Part shown: positions 52,930 to 64,000 of the stretch, piece by piece
Layout of the letters: every line of letters starts with the position of its first letter
Numbering within the stretch: position 1 is the stretch's first letter
Source: Felis catus
Taxonomy: Eukaryota
Assembly (NCBI RefSeq): GCF_018350175.1
Contig: NC_058368.1
Coordinates: 71,612,001 to 71,676,000 of the forward strand
Reading direction: 5' to 3'
Length of the DNA stretch: 64,000 bases
The notes under the pieces: model-generated
The model's database searches: none
What the model saw: the letters and a program-made list of their open reading frames with translations, nothing else
What the model was told of the DNA's origin: nothing
Made by a program: the position numbers and the translations under genes

Positions 52930-53506
52930 TGCTATTACAGCCTGAACTGTGCCCCCCCCCCCCCCCGCCCAATTCATATGTCGAAGTCCTAGTCTCCAGG
53001 ACCTCAGAATGTGACTGTATTTGGAGACAGACCCTTTAAAGAGGTGATTAAATTAAAATGAGGTCGTTAGGGGGGGCCCTAATCCAGTCTGACTGGTGTC
53101 CTTGTAAGAAGAGATTTGGACATCAACACGTACGTACAGCCACAGAGGAGAGACCAAGTGAGGACACAGGGAGAAGTGTTTTGTTTTTTTCCAGTTACTT
53201 CATTTTTACTACTACACATTTTCAGCAAACAAATCAAGGTGTAAACAGGATTTACTTCACATTATTATCTGGATCTTTGTCAAATAAACAGGAAATTCTC
53301 TTTAAATAACCATCTTACTGCCCCGCAAATGAGAGCAAACTTGCCTGCATATTACAAATGAGTCATAAGCCAAGGACAGAGGCCTCAGGAGAAGCCAACC
53401 CCACCAGGCCTGGATCTTGGACTTTCGTCCTCCAGAACCATGAGGAAGAGACTTCTGCTGTCTAAGTCTGCGGTGCTTTGTCACAGCAGCCCACGCAGAC
53501 TCAGGC
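52930..53506 (+). mobile_element. MaLR solo LTR (MLT1B-like), split by a ~190-bp insertion
   Basis: aattcatatgtcgaagtccta...cctcagaatgtgactgtatttggaga. The LTR resumes at aagccaaggacagaggcctcagg (53367). Confidence 0.8.
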
Positions 53507-54650
53507 AGTGTGGATGTGAGATCCACCTTCCCCTCTGGCCTCCACGTGATGAGCTCACTTCCCTCAGCCCCCACTGAGTCCACTGGGACAGGCACACTGC
53601 CTGTGTGCCAGCCCCAGTATCCAGTCTAACTCAAACTGGACTCCCTGTTTTCCTCTCCAAGGTGGATCTTCTCCCAACTCTCTCCTTGACCGGCATCAAT
53701 TCCAAGTCTGTCCCCTCAAAGCAGCCGCATGCCACCCTCCTGTCCACAGCCTCTGCCCTTACCCACCTTCAAACAGCTACAATGCAGATCATTACTCTCC
53801 TTTCAGGAGCCCTAGCCCCTGCCTTCACCCCTGAGCCATACCGAGCTTCCTGAGGCCAAGCTCAAGGGCTGCAGGCTGTGTCCTGACAGGGTTCGGGGTC
53901 CAGACACCATGTGTCCCATCTAGCTGTTTGCACCCCTACCCTGTAACTCTAGCTTGCTGCCCTGCTGCTGCTCCCCAAAACCCTCCCCAGCTTAGCGTCC
54001 CCCGAATCCTAACCTTTTACTGCTACCTGGACCACACTTACACCTTCCTGCTCAAATCCAACCCAGCCCTAAAATCTCAGCCCAGACCCTGCATCTGTCC
54101 CAAAGCCTTCTCTGCTTGTATCTTAGTGCCCCAGTCACATTCTGCCCTACATTTCAGTTATTTTCGCTCTTACTAAATTTCTGAAGGACAGGTGACACAT
54201 TTTAACTTGTTCCCCATAATGTGTGGAGAAAATTAATGAGTATTTTTGCCTGGTCCTGGGAATTCTCAATTAGCCAATTTCTTTTGTCTGTTTTGATCAG
54301 ACAGAAAGAAATGACAACAGTTTCCAAGCAGATATTTAGTTTAAAGCTGCCTCCTCTGACAACAGGAGTTGCGAGGATCATTAGTTCACTAGACACACCA
54401 GTGTTGTGTACTTACTGCGGACAGAGAACGCAAAGAGGATACGGGCCCCAGAAGTGGCCACTTGCTGCGCTGGGTCTGGACAGAGGCACTGGGCATCCAC
54501 CCAGGGCTGGCTGACACCGGCCGGCTGTGAGGACACAGATGTGAGCTATGCCCTCAAGCTCAAAGTCCAGAAGAAAGGTGGGGCATGTGCTCAGAGAACT
54601 CTACAGTGGACAGTGGTGTGAAAACGAAGTAGTGAACAAGATCTACTGAC

Positions 54651-55036
54651 TGTTATGGGCTGAATCTGTACCTGCCCCAACCCGCAGCCAAATTCATATG
54701 TTAAAACCCTAAACCCCCAGCACCTCAGAATGTGACCATATTTGGAGATGGTGCTTTAACCAGGTCATTGAGTTAAAATGAGGTCTTCAGAGCCTTAATC
54801 CAGTGTGACTGGTGTCCCTATAAAAAGGGGAAAACTGGACACACAGACACCAGGGACACTTGAGCATAGAGGAAAGGCCATGTGAGTGCACTAGGAGAAG
54901 GTGGCCATCTGCCAGCCCAGGAGACACCCCTCAGGAGACACCAAGCCTGATCTGGACTTGTAGCCTCCATGCTCTCTGTTGTTTAAGCCCCCAGTCTGTG
55001 AAATGTTGTTACAGCCACCCTAGCAAACTCCTGTCA
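54651..55036 (+). mobile_element. MaLR solo LTR (MLT1B-like)
   Basis: tgttatgggctgaat...cctcagaatgtgaccatatttggaga...gttacagccaccctagcaaact. Confidence 0.8.
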
Positions 55037-55054
55037 AACAACTCAAATGATAAT

Positions 55055-55392
55055 GCGATCTACGATACAACGTGGATGAAGCCGGAAAACATCCTGAGTG
55101 ATGGAAGCCAGACATGAGGTCACACGTTGTTTGATTCCATGATATGGAACACCAGGATGGGCAAATCCACAGACCAGGAAAGCAGATTGATGGTTGCCAG
55201 GGGCTGAGGGCAGTGAGAAGTGACTGCCGAGCATACAAGGAGTTTTCTTTTCAGGTTGATGAAAATGTTCTGGGAACTACATGGAGATGGTCGTACATTG
55301 TTATGATAGTGCTGAAATGTCCCTGAATTCTTCACTTTAAATTTTATATTATGTGAATTTCACCTCAATAAAAAACTCTTAAATTAAAAAAA
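55055..55392 (+). mobile_element. L1MB-like 3' end
   Basis: caacgtggatgaagccggaaaacat...gaatttcacctcaataaaaaa. Confidence 0.75.
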
Positions 55393-56073
55393 AATCTTTA
55401 AAGAGAGACACAAAAAATACACTATTGGAATACAATGTGTTGAGTGACCAAGTGAAAGTGCTGGTACAGAGGGTAATGAAGAACAGAAAGGGACAGAGGA
55501 ATTCTGCTTGTGATTTGGACCGTGAACTGACCCTGAGAGGAGGGCAAAGGTCATCCTGAGAGTGACAGGAGGAGAGTGGGAGGGGAGGCATTCCCTGCGG
55601 GGGAGATGGGTGGGACCTGGGTCCCCAGGTAGGAAGGTGGGGCTGCCAGCAGCCCAGGACTGGGCCTGCTTTCAGAGGATGGACAAGAGGAGTCTGGGGT
55701 CTGCAAAGTGGACTCGGCTGAGCTCCCAAAACATGGGAAGTTTCAACGTATCTGTTCCTGGGCCCCTTCCCTGGAGAGTTTAATGTAGCATGTCTGAAGT
55801 CGGGAACAGGAACCTGTATTTATAATAAAATACAACATTTCTGAAAGCTCTCTAGTGATTAATCTTTAGGGAAACCATTTATTTCCCAGTGAGTCTTCCC
55901 CATTTAAGGGAAAGGTCTTTCAGGGTTTTTGCCCCCAGCTTTACTGAAGTATAATTGGCGAATTAAAATTGTGTGTATTTAAGGTGTACAATGTGATGAT
56001 TTGATACATGTACTCATTGTGAAATGACTACCACCATCAAGCTAATTACCACATCTGCCACCTCAGAGTTATC

Positions 56074-56109
<36 letters not shown>

Positions 56110-56114
56110 GTGTG
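56074..56114. repeat. (TG)n(CG)n(TG)n microsatellite
   Basis: Alternating purine-pyrimidine tract read directly. Confidence 0.9.
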
Positions 56115-56552
56115 GTGAAAATATGATCTAGTCTCTTAGCAAATTTTAAGAATACGATACAGTAAAATGATAGTCACCATGCTGCACGTTAGCTCCCTAG
56201 AGTGTATTGATATCACGGCTGGAATTCTGTGTCCTCTGACCACCACCTTCCATTCCCCTCTCCCCCCAGACCTTGGCAACCAGCATTCTACTCTCTGCTT
56301 CTATGAGTTCAACACTTTCAGAGTCCACATATAAGTGATACTATACAGTATTGATCATTCTGTGCTTGGCTTATTTCACTTAGCATAACATCCCTAGGTT
56401 CATCCATGTTGTTGCAAATATCAGGATTTCCTTCTTTTTTTTTTATGGTTGAATAATATACATATGATATGAATATAGTATACATAATATGAATGATAGT
56501 ACATACATAAAATTCCATTATGTTATATATATATATATATAATTCCATTTGT

Positions 56553-56998
56553 TTGTTTTTTTTAACGTTTATTTTTTTTTTAATTTTTTTTTTCAACGTT
56601 TATTTATTTTTGGGACAGAGAGAGACAGAGCATGAACGGGGGAGGGGCAGAGAGAGAGGGAGACACAGAATCGGAAACAGGCTCCAGGCTCTGAGCCATC
56701 AGCCCAGAGCCTGACGCGGGGCTTGAACTCACGGACCGCGAGATCGTGACCTGGCTGAAGTCGGACGCTTAACCGACTGCGCCACCCAGGCGCCCCTTTA
56801 ACGTTTATTTTTGAGACAGAGAGAGACAGAGCATGAACGGAGGAGGGTCAGAGAGAGAGGGAGACACAGAATCTGAAACAGGCTCCAGGCTCTGAGCTGT
56901 CAGCACAGAGCCCGACGTGGGGCTCGAACTCACGGACTGCGAGATCATGACCTGAGCTGAAGTCAGCCGCTCAACCGACTGAGCCACCCAGGCGCCCC
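56553..56998 (-). mobile_element. Felid Can-SINE (outer) containing a second, younger Can-SINE (56577-56796) in its A-tail
   Basis: Outer TSD tatataattccatttgt at 56536-56552 and 56999-57015. Inner TSD tttaacgtttattttt at 56561-56576 and 56797-56812. Confidence 0.93.
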
Positions 56999-58774
56999 TA
57001 TATAATTCCATTTGTAATGGAATATTATACACACTTTATCATCTGTTGACAGACACTTAGGTTGTTTCCATATCTTGCCTACTGTAAGGTCCTTCAGTTT
57101 TATGCTGATGCTACTGTAGAATTACTAACTTTTGGGTTAAAGAGGCTTCATTATTTTTTGTACACTATAAAAACACTGATTCACAAGATTTTCTAGAAAA
57201 GATTTTTGCTTAACCTTCAGCTATATGGAAAGTTCAATTAACCAGAAAAACAAATTTTCCAAATATTAAAGATTTCACATGTATAGAAACCTGTATCTTT
57301 TAAAAAATAAAATGCTTCAAGTGTCCAAGTTACACAAAAAGGAAAACAAAATACATAAAAGTAAAGATGATATAAAAAGATCTCAAGATAACTAAAAGGT
57401 GGTCTTTTCCAAGTTTAATACACATTAGCCCTTTAAATTGCCCCATCATTTTTATGTAACTATGAAACTGTTTCCTAAACACTATTACTGAATACAAATT
57501 TTCTAAGAGCATCATGTTTTCACTCACTTATGATTCAAGGTCAGCCTTAAGTGCAAGTATTAAGCAACAGGAATAACCATTTTAAACATGTGGAATAAAT
57601 TCCATTTTTAACTTTCAACACCTGGTGTCAGCAGCATAACACAGTACAGGGCTATACAGGCTCTGTGCTGGGTGTGCCCCAGGGTGGTGGCAGCCAGCCC
57701 TTCATGGGGGACAGAAGCAGGGTCCCAGTTCACACCTTCCAGAAGCATGACTTTACTGCTCTCCCAGATGGCCGCATTCCCAGGAATCACTCAGGGTTAA
57801 TGGATGGTCTCTATGCTTGTTTTTAACTTTGAACATAATGATGCTAGGAAAAGACTAGAGTGAAGTAAACCTGAAATACTTTTTCTCCACATACAGGGTT
57901 TCACAAGTGATGGCCTGTCTACCTCCCCCTCCCCAATCCTATGACCCTGTGCCCACTACTTATGCACATCTACTTCCCCAATGTGCAGGTAATCTTGTTT
58001 ACGTTGGCTTGCTGACGACACACCTGAAATACAAAATCCAAAATCTCTGTGGAAACATCACTCTTTAAAGTAACTGGTTGGTGTTCAGGTCAAACTTCAA
58101 ACAAAGGGGAGATGTCAGGAAGGAGAAGCCATCCTTCAGATGTCCTCAGTAAAGATCACAGCGTTGACCTCCAAGAGGGATCCGCTAGAACTGTAGAGCC
58201 TGGTACAGTTCAGCCTACCCTCAAACCCAAGCAACCTTCATGTGTCATTTCACTACCAAATAACAGTGTGGGTGGAGAACATGTGTGAGATAAAACTGAA
58301 GGGATTACAGCCGAGCTCCCACAGCCTGAGCATGTGCTTTAAAATGAGGTAATGGCCCAGCAGCTCCCACTTGTTTCCTGGCAGCAAAGGGATCCTGCAA
58401 AGCCCTCTCTGCAGAAGCTGGTTTCCACCCACTGAAGTCCATGAACCAATCTGCTTAACAGCAAGTAATAAGAAAGCATTGGTGTTTTTTCAAACAGCAG
58501 GCATCTCATCACAAGTTTCTGAAGATGATGCCTGCTGCGGCTGGGTGCACACACATAATCTGGAGGCATCGGCACCGCCTGGTGACCTAAGCCCTCTTTC
58601 CTCTCACTCCAACTGCTCCCAGCTACTGATGACAAGGCCTCTCCTTGCCCACATGGATGGCCACCTCCTAAATGGTCTCACTGCCCCAGGCTTGCCCTCA
58701 CCCCCCCGCCCCCCGCAACCTGCAACTGCATGCAAGACCGTGCCCCTCCCCGTTTCCCAGCCTGGGCTCTGAGG

Positions 58775-59305
58775 GGCCCCCTCAGATGACCCTAATGATC
58801 CTCTCCCCTACTGACAGTGTCCCTGTGTGATTCGTGCCCCTTGTGCAAAGGCTAGCTTTAGTGACTTGATTCAAATGAACACAATACAGAGGATGTGATG
58901 GGATGTTACTTCTGAGATTAGGTTTTAAATAGACTGTGCCTTCCGTCTGGAGGGCTCTCTGGTACACTCTTTTCCTCAGACCCCTCGCTGTCACGGAAGC
59001 CAGCTGCCACGCTGTGAGACTCCCTAAGGAGACACCCGTCTGGAGAGGAGCTGAGGTCTCTGCCGACAGCCAGAAAGGCCCCAAGGCCTGCTGGCTGTCA
59101 CATGAGTGAGCTCAGATGCTCCTCCAGTCAGCTGGGAGATGACCACAGCCCCAGCCCACACCCTGTCTGCAGCCTGCTGAAGACCCTGAGCTAGAGCCAC
59201 GAGCCAAGCAGCTCCCAGATTCTCACCTGCAGAAAATGGGGGATAATGCATGTTGTCTGCAGCCACTGATGTTAAGGATAATTTGTTATGCAGCTCTAGA
59301 CAAAT
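58775..59305 (+). mobile_element. MaLR solo LTR (MLT1F/E-like)
   Basis: gtgatgggatgttacttctgagattagg...ggataatttgttatgcagc. Confidence 0.7.
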
Positions 59306-59614
59306 TCTAAAGGGTCAAGCCTAAGTTTCTGCACGTGGCTCACGCAGGACAATCAGTGTCCAGCTGCATCTTTCTCTTCAGCCATATGTAGGCCATACCT
59401 TACACTGCTCTGCGGCAGGTATAATCTGACCCCCTCTTTGCTCATAAGGCTGCCATTGCCCCTAAGGAACTTCTTCCTTCCTCAACATGCTGCCTGGCAA
59501 AATCCTACTCATCCTTCAAGGTTCACAGGTCACTTCAAACATCATCTCCCCTGTGTAATCCTCCCTTGTGGGCAGAACTGTTTCTGTCGCTGAGTCCTAA
59601 GAATGCATTTCCTT

Positions 59615-60070
59615 GCTTTCTGGCACAAGATGTTCCACATTCATCTTGGACTTTCTCTGCCCCAGGCCTGGAACCAGCCATTTCTGCAAGGAGCCCTAGT
59701 TTCCACCTGTTAGTTGGTATTTAGAAGCCAAGATCTAGGTGTGAGGTGTGCTTATTGTTCTTGCAGTGTTATCTGCCCAAGAGGCTCCCTCAGTAGACTA
59801 TGTACACATATATCTATATATCTATATCTATCTATACACACACACACACACACACATATTTATATCCATACGTATTGAAAACCATGAGTTCACACTCACA
59901 CACCTGACCCAATCCATACCACCACACGGTTCATCCTAGTTCTTGACATTTCTGTACTGACAACTCCCTTCAACAGTGGCATAGCTGGCTCATATGATCT
60001 TTGGTACAGTTAATTACATGATCAATCCTTCCATATGTAACTAATTTCCAATTTCAGTCACAACCATCTT
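59615..60070 (-). mobile_element. Old L1MC/MD fragment with a (TCTATA)n(CA)n microsatellite at ~59806-59856
   Basis: ctggcacaagatgttcc...cagccatttctgcaaggagccctagtttcc. Confidence 0.6.
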
Positions 60071-61389
60071 CCCTGCACATAAACTCTCCTCTTGCCGCTC
60101 AGGCTCTGACAGCCCACATTGAGATAACCCTCTAAAAGGGCAGTCTACTCACCCCACTCAGCCTGGGACTCCCCGTGCTAGGTTTAGGGGTGGAGATGGT
60201 GACTTCTTCCCTTTATGGGAGGGGCTGCAAAGGTGCCCTGCACAGGTGCACACACAAGAGAATAGAAAGAATTTGTGGCCATTTGTGTAAGCCAGCACAC
60301 CAGGCTCCTCGGTGTCACTGCTAACAGATGCCTTCCATTCTTAAGGTCCTCTTAGGAGAAAAGATGGCTGCCATTACACTGGCCATAATATCTTCATGCG
60401 AAGTAATAGGAACTATGAAGGGCAGGGTGAGGAACAGGAGCAACCTCACGGACTCAGGTTTCTTTGCAAAACTTGCCAGAAGTCTCACACATTTCTCCTT
60501 CCTGTTTTTTACCATAACTTGAGGGACATGGTCACTCAGAATAAAACTGCAGATCAGGAACTAAGGAAGGAGACATTGGACATTTGGTGGTGACCACAAT
60601 TTCTGCCACTCTCATTTTCTTTATTTACTGGATAACATCCTGCTTTCAGGAATTATTGAAGGCCTTGAATGAATCTTGGAAGCATTCCTGAGCCTCACCT
60701 ATCACTAGGCTTGTAAATTACCAATGTAAGTCATCCTAAGTGCACAGGAACTCTTAGAGAAGCTTAAGTGGCTGCTCGGATGCTATACCACTACATCTCT
60801 GTTAGTCGAAAAACCCCATGTTGCAGTGGGCCTTTCCAAGAGCTTACTGACTCACCAAGAAAACCACCACCTATGAGGACATTTTATAACCCTTTACCTG
60901 TGAAAAAACACTATGCAAGGAGCAGATCAAAACTCCAAACCCAAGCAGCACAGCGTTCAAGAGAGGTGGGGGCAGAAAGTGGTGAAAACGGTCCTAGCTA
61001 TCTGCCACATCAAAGGAAAGGGAGAAAGAAAAAGGGGAAAATAACACATGGAAGATAACCTCAGAAATGGGGGGACTGGCACAAGAGAACCACTCTTTTG
61101 GAAGTCCTAGGAAGGTTTATTTTGCAAAATGCCCCAGGAGGTAAGCCTTGATACATTTCAGATGAATTCATCTGAATCGATGCTGTTTCTCTGCAAGGAA
61201 AACCCAAAGACTGTTATTTAGTGGAAAGGCACTACAGAAGTGTTTCTATTTATAAATTATTGTAGCAGTGTAATCTTGATATTGTTCCAACATCTTTCAG
61301 ATCATAGATGTATAGTGTTATTTCTGAAAGCAGGAGAAAGTATGGTATATGTTGAACACATCTGAAACAGACATGTTTCACTTTGTACT

Positions 61390-61560
61390 CAGGTAAAACT
61401 CTGCTACCTTTTAGCTATGTGACCTTGTTCAAGGTGTTTCATATCTCTGAACCTCAGTTACATCAGGGATACTAAAGCACACCTCAAGGGTTAATGTATG
61501 AAGATTATATGAGATAACGTATATAAAAATTCTGGTACACAGTGATTTTAATAAGTATTA
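61390..61560 (+). mobile_element. MIR fragment
   Basis: tagctatgtgaccttg...tctctgaacctcagtt...aagattatatgagataacgtatataaa. Confidence 0.65.
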
Positions 61561-61834
61561 GTCCCCTCCCAAGAGAAGGGTAAATCACAGAATTACTGTA
61601 AGCACTAAACAATAGAATGGATCACAGATACAAAAGTGCCTGACATACAGTTTGTATGTTCGATAAATGTTAATTCCTTTTTTAACTTACTCATCCACAC
61701 AAAAAGCTATATCCTAGTTATTTAGCATGGTTGAATGGTGTTTTTATAATGAAATTTAACCTTTTATGCATGTAAAAACTGTATAAACCCTCTCTGCATT
61801 AGTAAACACTGTATACTAAAAATGCAGCATATCC

Positions 61835-62290
61835 TTGGTTCATTGCAGCATTATTCACAATAGCAAAGAAGTGGAAGTAATCCAAGAGTCTGTCAATAGA
61901 TGAATGGAGAAGTAAAATGTATCTACATACAAATATTCAGCCTTAAAGGAAAGAAATCCTGTCACGTGCTACAATTTGGATTCGCCTTAGGAACATCATG
62001 CTAAATGAAAGAAACTAGTCACAAAAAGACAAATACTGTATGATTCCACTTACATGAGGTACCTAGAATAGTCAAATTCATAGAGACAGAGAGTAGCATG
62101 GCGGTTGCTAGGGGCAGGGGGAGTGTAGGGGGTTGCTGTCTAATGGGTACACAGTTTCAGTTTTACAAGAAGTAACAGTTTTGGAGGTATGTTGTACAAC
62201 ACTGAATATACTTAACACTATTGAACTGTATACTTAAAAATGGTTAAGATGGTAAAGTTTATGTTATTTTTTTAACCACAATAAAAATTA
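61835..62290 (+). mobile_element. L1MB-like 3' end
   Basis: gttcattgcagcattattcacaatagc...aaatggttaagatggtaaagttt...accacaataaaaa. Confidence 0.85.
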
Positions 62291-62735
62291 TTTTTTAAAT
62301 GATGTAACTTGTGAGCTTTCATAATAATGCAAGATCGTCACACTGATTAATTATGGACTGTGCTACAGATAGCCTATGCAGTCTGCTGCCCAGAGCTGAA
62401 TCTGTATCGTGCCTCAGGAGTTACTCTAGAGTATGCTTTCTTAAACAAATATATAGGATATGTTAGGATTCAGCTGCTAATGGAAAAAGTGGAACTTCAC
62501 ATCTTTTGGTACATAATATGTGCTATTACCATCAGAGAATTGTAAGATGTGAAAGCTGGAAGAAACTTATAAAATAAAAGGTAATCAAACTAAATGATTT
62601 ACCTAAGGTCATATGGATAGTAATTATGAACAGAGCTGGAAAGAGAAAACATCTCCTGATTCCCCCTATAATCCTCTTATACAACCAACTCAGCTCTCCA
62701 GAATTCCTCACCTCTGAACTTCACTATTTAATACG

Positions 62736-62754
62736 CTGCCACCAGGGGGCAGCA
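62736..62754 (+). promoter_or_regulatory. CTCF motif CTGCCACCAGGGGGCAGCA
   Basis: Near-perfect match to the CTCF consensus in non-repeat sequence. Confidence 0.65.
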
Positions 62755-63641
62755 GGTGTATTAGTCTGGTATTCTAAAACCCCAATTTAAGACCCCAATA
62801 CCCGTCTATTATCCCTTCCTCCACTTCCCCATATATATGCACATTTATAGGACCTTATTAATGTCAACAGGAATAAAGTTTAAAGAACATCTATAATAAT
62901 TTTTTTAAACAAAATAAGGACTTGGGTCCAATGGAGGTAACAACCTTACTAATCCTTCATTATTTTTTATTTATTCCAATCCAAATTCCAATCCAACTAC
63001 TGCATTAGTTTTAAACCAAAAATGACTTAGCTACAGAAACTCATCCCATTTCTATACATTTTGAACTACATTTCCCTAATATTTGGCCTCTTAGGTTTCA
63101 TACCACAACAACCCCTGAAGCCCATCTGGCAACTTGTCCTCCATCTTTTTTCTTCACATCAGGCTCAGTTCTTCTTTCTAATGCCCCTGCATTACAAAGG
63201 AAGGTCTGTCAACAAGTCTAAGCAACTTTTCAGAAAGGAAACAGGGAGATTCTAGATGACAGTAATTTCCACTGTTCAAATGATACTACCAACCTGAAGC
63301 TCAAACTACGGCAGCTAATGGGTGAGACTTGATAGGGCCATCTCATAGCAATGACCTGTGCACCCTGAGACTTCCCACAGTTTCATCTAATTCAAGGAGT
63401 GAGGGACAACAACATTAGCAGTGACATTTAGGTACTTTAATCTAGGAAGCAACTGCACACTTTCAAGCAATAGAGACCAGTGACTATGGTCCCTAAGTCA
63501 TCCAAAAAGAGGCATATGATCTTTATTTCACAAATTTCAAATGGTTTTCTTCCCTGAGCTTAATACGGTTAAATTAAAAAAAAAGTATTTAAAGGCAAGT
63601 TTTCACTACTGCTTCAGATACATGGGAGCAGTCCATTTTTA

Positions 63642-63869
63642 TTTTATTATTTTTTATTTTTAAAATTTTTAAGTTTATTTATTTATTTTGAGAGATAGAG
63701 AGAGCACAAGTTGGGAAGAGACAGAGAGAAGGAGAGATGGAATCCCAAGCAGGCTCTGCACCATCAGCGCAGAGCCCGATGTGGGGCTCAGACTCACAAA
63801 CTGTGAGATCATGACCTGAGCTGAGATCAAGAGTCAGACGCTTAAGCAACTACACCACCCAGGCACCCC
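63642..63869 (-). mobile_element. Can-SINE with a 17-bp TSD
   Basis: TSD ggagcagtccattttta at 63625-63641 and 63871-63887. Confidence 0.92.
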
Positions 63870-64000
63870 AGGAGCAGTCCATTTTTAAACTACAACAGTG
63901 TTCACTGTAGTTAAAAGGCATTCAAAGAAATTACTCTTTACTTACGTCCAGTTGTCTCATGTAACTTACTATTCACTGAACAATCTAATCTAGCATAAAA

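Larger units (their letters stand above)
55925..57085 (-). mobile_element. L1MA-like 3'-end fragment hosting nested SINEs and a (TG)n repeat
   Basis: cagctttactgaagtataattggc...gacagacacttaggttgtttccatatcttg. Confidence 0.8.

Noticed and set aside
1..64000. Prokaryote-style novel system (CRISPR array, operon, defence island)
   Set aside because: This is intron-containing mammalian DNA. It has no regularly spaced repeat-spacer array and no dense coding cluster.

Overview
This window is mammalian genomic DNA, not prokaryotic. Felid-type Can-SINEs indicate a carnivore, most likely a cat or another felid. It holds the last three coding exons of PCCA (propionyl-CoA carboxylase alpha, biotinyl domain, + strand, 9706-23729, polyA signals ~23974-23987). 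Tail-to-tail with PCCA lies the single coding exon of GGACT/A2LD1 (gamma-glutamylamine cyclotransferase, - strand, 25699-26169). The region from ~26.2 kb to the end is most simply the long 5' intron of GGACT, filled with decayed L1s, MaLR/ERV1 solo LTRs, Tigger DNA transposons, MIRs and Can-SINEs, several of them nested with readable target-site duplications (TSDs). By contrast, the first ~29 kb has no recognisable Can-SINE or long L1 and contains clusters of homeodomain/TALE motifs and a CTCF-like site, which suggests developmental enhancers inside PCCA introns. I found no evidence for a novel protein-coding system. The best leads are regulatory, splicing-related or transposon-history observations. 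Repeat subfamily names and human comparisons are from memory and need a RepeatMasker/BLAST check.
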